IMG/VR virus record: IMGVR_UViG_3300034052_000006
Location: 1 to 41,690 of that record
Strand: one strand, 5' to 3'
Source: a virus
Lineage: Duplodnaviria; Caudoviricetes
DNA: 41,690 bases
In this document: positions 24,533-32,766 of the stretch, in pieces
Layout of the letters: every line of letters starts with the position of its first letter
Position numbering within the stretch: the stretch's first letter is position 1
Made by a program: the position numbers and the translations under genes
The notes under the pieces: generated by a model
What the model saw: only the letters and a program-made list of their open reading frames with translations
The model's database searches: none
What the model was told of the DNA's origin: nothing

Positions 24533-27500
24533 CAGGTACCAAACTTCTTTCTCATGCTGTTCAGGTTGGCCTTGTTCTTCCCACTGGCCGAGCCGCTGCC
24601 GCCCATGGAGTCAATCTTCCGGTTGAGCTTGCTGTTGTCCAGGCGGAACTCACTCTCCCCGCCGACAACCTTGAGGTACTCATTGAAGTCCTTGGCCTTC
24701 TCGGCGAACAGCTTCCGCTGCTCAGCCATGTCCTTCTTGATGGACTCGCGCTCCTTCGGGCTGGCCGTCTTGGCTTCATCTGCAAGCTCAGCGAGATGCT
24801 CACCGAAGTCCTTGAGGATGGAGTCACGAGCGTCCTTGAGGTTCCCCCGTAGCTCAGCGATCTTGTACTCACGAGTCTCTGCGGTGGTAGAAACACCGAA
24901 GGCCTTGAGCCCACGCTGGATGGGGGTGTACGGGATCTTCTCCCCGTTGGCCCGGAACTTACCCTCCACGGAACGGGCGATGGCCTTGGCGAAGTCAGGC
25001 ATGGTGTTCTTGTAGTCCTTGCCAGCCTGACCCGTGATGCCCTCGGCCATGTCGGTCACGGTCCCACCGAAGGCCCCGCCCACCACGCTGAGCGCAGCTT
25101 CGGGGATAGACGCATTGGGCTTGATGAAGAAGAAGTCGGACATATTGAAGCTGGAGCCGATGTCTAGCCCGATGATGTTGAAGCTACCATCAAAGACAGC
25201 ACGCCCCATCCGCTCCCCCAGGTGGTGCATAAGGAATCGCCGTGCCGTCTCCTCCCAGTCATCCCACTCATCGCCCAGCATCTTCGACAAGCCGTAGCCC
25301 AGGACGCTCATGGTGACGCCCAGGTAGGCCGAGCCCTTGAGCCCAGCCAGCGCAGCCGTCACAGCCCAGCCCTGAACGACAGGGGTGAAAGCCTCGATGG
25401 TCGCTTGCTTCTTGCTCATGCCACCCTTCATGAGTTCCTCACGGGCCTTGGAGGCAGCCGTCAGGAACGCAGCAGCGTAGTCGATCTGGAAGCTCTTGAA
25501 CTGGAGAGCAGGGCCGAGCAGGGTAGCCGTGGGCATACGCTCGACTCCAGCCCTTGAGGACCGACCTTGCTGGTTGTGGACGCGATCAACCTGCTCCTCG
25601 GAACGCTTGGTGGAAAGCTCCCAGTTTCCGATGGTGCTGGGGTCAACCTTGCCGTCCGAGTGGCCGGAAGTGTAGCTGAGCAGGAAGTCGGTGATGAATG
25701 TCCTGCGCCTGTTGGCCGACTCCATCGGGCTGGACAGGGCAGACGAGTACCCTACCACCTTGCGGTAGGCTGCCTCCGCCTTGCCCGTCACGAAGCGGTT
25801 GTCCACCAGAGCATCAACGACATCCTCAACAAGCTGGTTGTCGAAGGTGCCCTGCGACTCAGCGAGAGCAATAGCCTGTTCCAGGGCTGCGATCACCTTG
25901 GCCGGGGTGCCCAGCTTGTGGGTGTTCACGACCTTCGTGACCATCTCGACTCCAGCCTTGGAGAGCTTGCCGTGCCCATCCAGCATGGTGGCGTGGTGCC
26001 CCTTCAGGTTGGAGGCGAAGTCACCCCACAACTGGCGGTAGGCCAGCTTCCCTGCGGTGTCATGAATGTCAGCCAGTGTCTTCTTCGAGATCGTCCCGTC
26101 CTTGACCGACTCCATGTAGAGCAGCTTGAACAGGGGCCACTCCTGCGAGTACCGCTGAAGGTGCTGCTGGGGGATCGAGTAGAGGAACTTCAAGCCAAGG
26201 CGCATGACAACCGTGAACCCCTTGGCCCAGGTCACAGCCGTCTCGGTCACAGAGGGCGGGGTCACGAGGTAGTTCCAGTACTCCCTGGCAACCTTCGGGA
26301 TGTTGGTGCCAGCGGCCTCGCTGTTGACTTGGGTTAGAGCCTCGCTGATGTCGCCGTAGTGTTCGCGCATGGCGACCTCACGGGCCAGCGACCGGGCGTA
26401 GTGGGAGTCCACCATCGCGCCCTGGTTGCTCATGCCGTTCACGCCCGTCCGATGCTTCAACCTGCCAGCGAAGGCGTGGTGAGCAGCCGACTGGGCGTGG
26501 TTGGCGAGGTAAGAAGCCACTTCATCCTGGACCATGCCGGGGAAAGCGGTGGCGATGAAGTCGTTCCTGGAAGCCTCGTCAGGGAACACGGTGTCCACGA
26601 CAGCAGCGATGGAGTCCAGGAAGTCGGCATCGTACCCGCTGAAGTTGCTGGCCGCCTTGCCCAGGTAGGTCGCGCTCTCACGGTTGGCCTTGGCGACAGG
26701 CTCGACAGTCACGCGCCCCTTGAGCGCAGACTTTCCGTCCCAAGCAAGCTCCTTCTGGACCCGCTCATGGACTGCGTTCTTCATGTCCGACTCGGTGACG
26801 CCAGTGACATAGCCGAGGCTACGGGTCACACTGGTCCCGTCAGCAGCCTTCTCGGTGTACAGCACCTTCGACACGGCAGCCGGGTTCTTGGAGCTAAGCT
26901 CACCCACGGGGATCTTCTCGGACTTGGCGAGGAGAGCCACCTGATCCCGAAAGTCGGCATCGTTGTAGTAGCGGATGACACCGACAGGTTCAGCTACCCC
27001 GGCCCGGAAGATATGGGCCTCGTGGTCGCCGAAGCGGATGAAGGGGACATAGCCCTTGTTCTCGTTCAGCTTCGCCTTGAGCTTCTTGAAGGCTTCACGG
27101 GCAGCCTTGATAGCCTTGGACTTGGCGGCATCAGACATGGAGGACCGTTCGACCACGGAAGAAACTGTCTTAATTAAGACATTCTCTGCCACATCGGACA
27201 GCTTGCCCTTGGCCTCCTCGTAGTACCGGAGCCGCTCCTTGTAGTGTTCGATCATCTGATCGTTCCACTTCATCTTGTCCTTGAGCGCCTTCAGGCCAGC
27301 AGGTGTGTTGAAGCTGACGCCAGTGCCGATCACATCCCCGGCTGCGTTCTTGATCTCGAACTTAGACCAAGCGTTCATTGCCACCGAAATGGCAGCTTGC
27401 TCACGGTTGGTGAGCGCAGACCAAGACCGGGCGAGGTTGGCCTCTTCGCCAACCACTTGACGGGTCTTAGCCATCCAGTCCCGGGTGGCGCGGTTCAGCT

Positions 27501-30500
27501 TCGCCAGCGCAGGGTAGCGCCGAGAGTAGGCATCCACGAACCTGGGCCACTTCATGAGCCACTCAGCCGCACGAGCGTAGCCCTTCTTGTCGGACGGAGC
27601 GGCGACTGAATCCACAAGGGACAGGGCTTCGCCGAAGCTACGCTCCCCACCCGTAGTGGTGTACTTCTGGCGGAGTGCATCGATGAGGCTTCCGACCGTC
27701 CGGTGTGCGCCACCCTGGAAGAGAACCCTATCAGACGGGCCGACCGAAGGCTTCGCCCCGGCATGGACCTCGCCAGCGAAGTTCTTCCCAGGGGTGAGCG
27801 TGTTGGCAAGCACCCGCACCACACTGGGGTTGAGCCCACGGATGGGCTTGCCCTTCAGGTAGGCGTAGACCTCAGACAGCCACTGCTTGTACTTCTCGAA
27901 GACTTTGGTGAGTGTAGGCACAGGAGCCTTGCCGCGCCGGAAGAACTCCTCGGCAGCCTCGGCGAAGTACTCAGCCCTCTGGGTCTGATCCATCGTCTCG
28001 CCCGTGCGCTTCTCCTCCTGGGCGATAGCCTTATCGAGAAGCTCCCGGTTGGCCGGGGAGAGCTTCGTCTCGAAGAAGTGCCACAGTTCGTGGAGGATCG
28101 TGCTTGGGTCAGCGTGTTCAGTGAGGTAGATGACAGCCTTCTTGCTGTCCTCATCGAACGCGATGGCACCACGGACTACTTCTCCCGTTCGCTGAGCATC
28201 AAGCGTTCCGCTTCCTCGTGATCCATCCCGGTCAGCAGCCGAGTGTTCATCAGTTCGAGTTCCTTCTGCCTCTGTTCTGCTAGAGCGTGAAGTTTCTCCA
28301 TCCGCTCCTTTCTGGAAGAGGAAGGCGCTTCTTTCGATTGCCCTCGTTTCAGCAATGTCTCGAATGTTTCGGACTTCTCGTTTGGCATCGGCTTCATCGT
28401 ATCCCCTTGCGATGTAGTAGTCGTGGAGGTTTTGGAGGATCTCATCGGCCCTGCCGTCTTCCCCGTGGAAGAAATAATCTACTACGGTGTCGGTGAACGC
28501 AGGCAGGTCGATACTGTTGGTGTCATCGGCTTCCTGACCCTTCGGCATGGTGCCGCCGAACATCTTGTAGAGCGCCCACTCGTCAACGGCAACAAGGTCT
28601 TTATTGATGATCGACTCGATAGGCGTAGACACATAGACAATCGGAGTCCCGCCCCTTACGAGGACTCGCTGGTGGTGGCTCTCTTCACTTAAAACGGAAA
28701 CAGACCCACGGAACTTCATTCTTGAAGCCACAGCGGGGACACCGCCAACAACCATGCCCCAGACTTCCCCATCTGCTAAAAGCGGGGTGTCTCTCACAGC
28801 AGCGGCGACTCCCGTGGAGAGACGCGACCTGCTGAGGCCCGTACCATCAGACTTGCCAGCCTTCCCGGCGAAGTTCCTAGTCATCCCAACATAAATATTC
28901 CCAGAGTCATGGTCCACCAAGAGGTTGGTGTACCCGGCCCCATCTGGTGAAAGGATTTGATAAAGCAGACCACGACCCTTGCTGTCGTTCCAAACGCTTA
29001 CTGTTTCACCTGTCGAGCGGAGCTTGTGGACACTATCAGGGGCTTTCCGGTTCTCTCCGTAGCCTTTGTTCATAACAGAGGAATCAAAGCCGGGGACATT
29101 AATATGTACTTCGTACTGGGCGGCATGATGGATTTTGTCGAACACGGACATCAAGGCATCGCCAGCAGCGGTGCTTTCGTGGTGGTACTCGTGCTTAACC
29201 TTGTCCCTGAGAACGGCGTGGGCGCGTGGTCCAGACTGCTTGAGGATGCGCTTCTTCTTCTTCGCTGGGGTGGGTGGCTCAGCCTTCGCGGCAGGCTTCG
29301 CCCAAGGGGCCTGGGCCAGGATGTTGGCCCCAACGCGCTTCTCTTTGTCCGTGAGGGCTTCCTTCCTCAGCATCTTCTCGTAGACGCCAGTAGCCCCAGC
29401 GAGGGCGAAGGCCCGGCGAACCCAGTGAGTCCTGGCATACGATTCCCGGTCAGCGAGTGCTTTCTCGCCAGGGGTGCCGTTCTTCTTGAAGTGCGAGATC
29501 TCTTGGGCTGTTAAGACACGGGCAGCTTGGTTCGTCTGCTGCTCGTATGGGCCAGCAAGGGAGATCTTCTCACCCTCCGTGAACTCACCCTCCGCGATAG
29601 AACGCTTTGCGTCCTTGGCCTTGTTCTCAAGATCCTCCAGTGACTCACGGAGGTTCTTGCCAGTCTTGGCTTCCTCCCCTTTCTTGGGGGCCTTGCTCTT
29701 GGTGGCGGGAGCCTGCTTCGTCTTTGCCCACACGCCACGCTTGTTGTCCCACTCCCAGCCCTTGTTGCGAAGGTGAGCCTGCTGGATGTTGGACCCGCTC
29801 GGGTGGGCGAACTCCTTGCCCTCCTGCCGGGGCATCATGATGACCTCTTCGCCCGTCTCGACATCCTCGGTGGGCTCAGGGATCGCCTGAAGCTGAGCCT
29901 CGACCTTCGAGCCAGTCTTGGGCATAGCGGTGGTACCGCCACCCTTGCGCCGGGCCTTCTCTTCGAGAGACAGCACAGGGCGCGGAGCCGGGGGCTTAGG
30001 GGCCGGAGCGGCAGCGACTGGCGCAGGGGGCGGAGCGGGTACCGTAGGAGGCTGCCGAGGGGCCTTAGGAGCCTTCGGAGGAGGCATGGGCGGCATAGGT
30101 GTAGCCGCCTGCTCGGGAGGCATTACAGGGGCTTCTACGGCAGCAGGAGCGGCAGCCTCGGCAGGCGGGGTCTGACCGACCATACGGAGAAGCTCAGCCT
30201 GCATCTTGGGCTGGACGCTGATCTCTCGGAGGAGTTCGTCATACGCCTTCTGGAGAGCGACAGGGCTTGTCTCTTCTGGGTTCTGCCCAGCCACGAAATG
30301 GTGGACGAGGGTATCGATCTGCTCGGCGACATCAGCCCCGAAGAAGTTCGTCACCTTCTCTAGGAACAGGCCACCGGGCGTAGTCCTCTCGCGCTGAGAC
30401 TCAGCGATCTGGTTGGCTGCATCATCCTGAAGAGCCTGCGAGTTCCACGATTCGATGGCAGGGTCTTCCGCGAAGTCCGTCTCCTCGGAAGCGAGGTTGT

Positions 30501-31884
30501 TCAGTGTCGAGTCTTCGACACGGTGGAAGTTGACTCCGCCATCCCAGCCGAGAGAGGGCAGTTGGGGGGTTCCGTCCGCGAGAGTCCCCGCCGGAGGGGT
30601 CATCCCCAACTGGCTCTGGGCGAAGTCTTCGGCCTCCTGGGTTCCCTGCACATGGTCCCAGTTCGGCTGCTGATACTGCCCAGGCCCAGCATGGTTGAAG
30701 TTCTGCCCGGGCATGACGGTGCTGGGGTCGGGGGTATTCACATCCCCGCCAGTTGGCGCAGGCTGCTGAGGGGCACGCCCGATGCTGGTCGCAGAGGACA
30801 TACCACCGATGGCAGCACCGAGGTAGCCAGCCTCCTTAGCTTCAGGCGTGTTGAAGTAGGTCGCAAGGTTCTCGCGGGTGACTGGCATATTGTTGCCCAG
30901 CACGCCGCCGATGGCTTCCTGGCCCCGCTCCTCGAAGCCTTCCGCGAAAGCCTTGGTGCCCACCATCAGGGGAGCCAGCACGGCATCGGGGACACCAGCC
31001 CTCTGGAGGTACCCGAACGCTCCGGCCATGTCCTTCTTGCCGAGCATCCCCTTCATCATGTCATCGTCAAGGCCGAGCTTGTCGGTCAGGCGCAGCAGCG
31101 CCATGTTCAGCGCAGCACCCTTCAAGCCCTGGATGGTTGCTTGCTGCCGGGCCTCGTCAGGGTTCATGCCCTGCGCGATGAGGTTGGCTTCAGACTCACG
31201 GAAGGTGCCCCGGCCTTCGGTGGCAGCCTCAGTCGCAGATCCGGCCCATGTGCCCAGCATCTGCGCGATAGAGTCAGTCGCACCTGCGGCCTTAGCCCCG
31301 GTACCAACAACAGCACCACCGATAGCGCCGAAGGCCATGCCAGGGACAGAGGACGAGATGCCCGTGCCGAGGTTGTTGCCAAAGGACTCCAGCGCACTGT
31401 CCGAGGACTTGCCGTACAGCGCGTTGAGGTTCTGCTCACGCGCCGTGTCGGCGAGGAAAGTCTCCGTGTCACGGGCTCCGAAAAGCCCAGCGATGTTGGA
31501 AAGCCCACCGCTGTACGCAGCCCCGACAGACTGCAAGCCACGGTCGAGTTCCCGCTCCCTGTAAGCGACAGCGGCAGGGTCTTCCCCGATCACCGCTCCG
31601 ACAGGGTTCATCGCCTTCGCGCCCAGCTTCGCCAGCCAGGAGGGCTCCTGGTCCTCTGCCTCGCCGATCCGGTTGATCTCCTCCTGGGTGTAGAGCTTCT
31701 TCCTTTGCAGGTACTGCTCTTCGGTCATAGCCTCGTAGGGGCGTCCAGTCGCTGCCTCAAACGCCTCACGGGTCTTCCGGCCAGGGCGGACAATCCCCTG
31801 CTTCTCCTGGAGAAGCCGGATGTATTCTTCCTCTGTCATCCCACCAGTGGCAGCGGGGTCATCGGCACCATCGAACCACGCCAT
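24532..31884 (-). CDS. Large ejected/internal virion polyvalent protein (zincin metallopeptidase plus PLxRFG-type region)
   Basis: 2450 aa. ADPSTILHELWH...EYFAEAAEEFFRRGKAP...VFEKYKQWL (HExxH at 28078-28092) and YVPFIRFGDH (27028-27045). Third gene of the ejection cluster. Confidence 0.85.
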   Translation of the reverse strand: MAWFDGADDPAATGGMTEEEYIRLLQEKQGIVRPGRKTREAFEAATGRPYEAMTEEQYLQRKKLYTQEEINRIGEAEDQEPSWLAKLGAKAMNPVGAVIGEDPAAVAYRERELDRGLQSVGAAYSGGLSNIAGLFGARDTETFLADTAREQNLNALYGKSSDSALESFGNNLGTGISSSVPGMAFGAIGGAVVGTGAKAAGATDSIAQMLGTWAGSATEAATEGRGTFRESEANLIAQGMNPDEARQQATIQGLKGAALNMALLRLTDKLGLDDDMMKGMLGKKDMAGAFGYLQRAGVPDAVLAPLMVGTKAFAEGFEERGQEAIGGVLGNNMPVTRENLATYFNTPEAKEAGYLGAAIGGMSSATSIGRAPQQPAPTGGDVNTPDPSTVMPGQNFNHAGPGQYQQPNWDHVQGTQEAEDFAQSQLGMTPPAGTLADGTPQLPSLGWDGGVNFHRVEDSTLNNLASEETDFAEDPAIESWNSQALQDDAANQIAESQRERTTPGGLFLEKVTNFFGADVAEQIDTLVHHFVAGQNPEETSPVALQKAYDELLREISVQPKMQAELLRMVGQTPPAEAAAPAAVEAPVMPPEQAATPMPPMPPPKAPKAPRQPPTVPAPPPAPVAAAPAPKPPAPRPVLSLEEKARRKGGGTTAMPKTGSKVEAQLQAIPEPTEDVETGEEVIMMPRQEGKEFAHPSGSNIQQAHLRNKGWEWDNKRGVWAKTKQAPATKSKAPKKGEEAKTGKNLRESLEDLENKAKDAKRSIAEGEFTEGEKISLAGPYEQQTNQAARVLTAQEISHFKKNGTPGEKALADRESYARTHWVRRAFALAGATGVYEKMLRKEALTDKEKRVGANILAQAPWAKPAAKAEPPTPAKKKKRILKQSGPRAHAVLRDKVKHEYHHESTAAGDALMSVFDKIHHAAQYEVHINVPGFDSSVMNKGYGENRKAPDSVHKLRSTGETVSVWNDSKGRGLLYQILSPDGAGYTNLLVDHDSGNIYVGMTRNFAGKAGKSDGTGLSRSRLSTGVAAAVRDTPLLADGEVWGMVVGGVPAVASRMKFRGSVSVLSEESHHQRVLVRGGTPIVYVSTPIESIINKDLVAVDEWALYKMFGGTMPKGQEADDTNSIDLPAFTDTVVDYFFHGEDGRADEILQNLHDYYIARGYDEADAKREVRNIRDIAETRAIERSAFLFQKGADGETSRSSRTEAEGTRTDEHSAADRDGSRGSGTLDAQRTGEVVRGAIAFDEDSKKAVIYLTEHADPSTILHELWHFFETKLSPANRELLDKAIAQEEKRTGETMDQTQRAEYFAEAAEEFFRRGKAPVPTLTKVFEKYKQWLSEVYAYLKGKPIRGLNPSVVRVLANTLTPGKNFAGEVHAGAKPSVGPSDRVLFQGGAHRTVGSLIDALRQKYTTTGGERSFGEALSLVDSVAAPSDKKGYARAAEWLMKWPRFVDAYSRRYPALAKLNRATRDWMAKTRQVVGEEANLARSWSALTNREQAAISVAMNAWSKFEIKNAAGDVIGTGVSFNTPAGLKALKDKMKWNDQMIEHYKERLRYYEEAKGKLSDVAENVLIKTVSSVVERSSMSDAAKSKAIKAAREAFKKLKAKLNENKGYVPFIRFGDHEAHIFRAGVAEPVGVIRYYNDADFRDQVALLAKSEKIPVGELSSKNPAAVSKVLYTEKAADGTSVTRSLGYVTGVTESDMKNAVHERVQKELAWDGKSALKGRVTVEPVAKANRESATYLGKAASNFSGYDADFLDSIAAVVDTVFPDEASRNDFIATAFPGMVQDEVASYLANHAQSAAHHAFAGRLKHRTGVNGMSNQGAMVDSHYARSLAREVAMREHYGDISEALTQVNSEAAGTNIPKVAREYWNYLVTPPSVTETAVTWAKGFTVVMRLGLKFLYSIPQQHLQRYSQEWPLFKLLYMESVKDGTISKKTLADIHDTAGKLAYRQLWGDFASNLKGHHATMLDGHGKLSKAGVEMVTKVVNTHKLGTPAKVIAALEQAIALAESQGTFDNQLVEDVVDALVDNRFVTGKAEAAYRKVVGYSSALSSPMESANRRRTFITDFLLSYTSGHSDGKVDPSTIGNWELSTKRSEEQVDRVHNQQGRSSRAGVERMPTATLLGPALQFKSFQIDYAAAFLTAASKAREELMKGGMSKKQATIEAFTPVVQGWAVTAALAGLKGSAYLGVTMSVLGYGLSKMLGDEWDDWEETARRFLMHHLGERMGRAVFDGSFNIIGLDIGSSFNMSDFFFIKPNASIPEAALSVVGGAFGGTVTDMAEGITGQAGKDYKNTMPDFAKAIARSVEGKFRANGEKIPYTPIQRGLKAFGVSTTAETREYKIAELRGNLKDARDSILKDFGEHLAELADEAKTASPKERESIKKDMAEQRKLFAEKAKDFNEYLKVVGGESEFRLDNSKLNRKIDSMGGSGSASGKNKANLNSMRKKFGT
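27166..27181. repeat. Palindrome copy 8 (intragenic)
   Basis: Exact copy; read as VLIKT in the 2450-aa protein using TTA and ATT codons. Confidence 0.97.
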
Positions 31885-31899
31885 GTTTCCTCGCTTTAG

Positions 31900-32763
31900 T
31901 TAGTAGGGGCCAGCATCTTCACTCGGGATGGGGGACACGCCGGGCCTTGCCACAGGCCTACTCAGGTCAGGCTGCGTAGTCCCAGGCTTCAGGTGGTACC
32001 TGACACCATCGATCTCCACCGTGTCATCAGCGAAGTACTTGGGCTTACCCTGCCCCACCGGGGCTCCACCCTGCCCGTTGAGAGAGAACTGGTTGTAGAC
32101 CTGGGAGAACTCCTGTGGTGAGCCATTGAAGGTGCCGTCCTTGGTGGCCTTGAAGTAGGCTTCCATCAGCCCAGCACGCGCCCTCTGCGCCGCCTGTTCT
32201 TCCTTGGAGCCGAGGGCCGCGTCCCTGGCACCGATGTTCATGGTGGCGATCTCTTTCTGGGTGCGCTGCCCAGCCAGAGTGGCCCCGACCTGAGCCCCGG
32301 TCGCCCACCGCTGCGTCTCATCACGCCGCTTGGCCTCCTTCTCTTCCTGGGTCAGTTTGTCGTAGCCGAGTTGCAGGTTGTCCTTGTGGAACATACTCGA
32401 CTGACCGAGCCGCTTGTTCTCTAGGTCAACCTGGAGCATATGGTACCGTGCGTTCTCGTCAGCCGTCCGCTGCTGGCGGCCCTCAGCCGTCTCAGCGAGA
32501 TCGTCAGCCCTGCCGATGTGTCCGATGTTCGCATCCGTCATGCGCTCGGTGTTAGCAACACCGCGCTCCTTGAGGCCGAACTCCTTGGACTCCATCTCGT
32601 GCTTCCGAGCAAGCTCGTCCTGCATCATCTTCTGGCGCATGACATTCTGGTAGCTGCCCTTCACGGCATCCAGGATGTTCGGCTGGTTCATGGAGTCCTT
32701 CATCAGACCTAGATTGGTCTGACCGTTCTGCGCGAAAAGCTGGAGAAGCTGGGAGTAGTCCAT
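31900..32763 (-). CDS. Putative ejection/internal virion protein
   Basis: 287 aa, Gln-rich and coiled-coil-like; middle gene of the three-gene ejection cluster. Confidence 0.65.
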   Translation of the reverse strand: MDYSQLLQLFAQNGQTNLGLMKDSMNQPNILDAVKGSYQNVMRQKMMQDELARKHEMESKEFGLKERGVANTERMTDANIGHIGRADDLAETAEGRQQRTADENARYHMLQVDLENKRLGQSSMFHKDNLQLGYDKLTQEEKEAKRRDETQRWATGAQVGATLAGQRTQKEIATMNIGARDAALGSKEEQAAQRARAGLMEAYFKATKDGTFNGSPQEFSQVYNQFSLNGQGGAPVGQGKPKYFADDTVEIDGVRYHLKPGTTQPDLSRPVARPGVSPIPSEDAGPY

Positions 32764-32766
32764 GGC

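Noticed and set aside
10410-27181. Palindrome copies as a CRISPR array or integron attC array
   Set aside because: The repeat is only 16 bp, spacing is 0.4-4.7 kb and irregular, there is no cas or integron integrase gene, and there are no attC R-boxes.
10410-27181. PacI sites (TTAATTAA) as cloning scars or adapter artefacts
   Set aside because: Copies preserve reading frames inside genes, supply native stops and sit at logical gene boundaries, and no vector sequence is seen.
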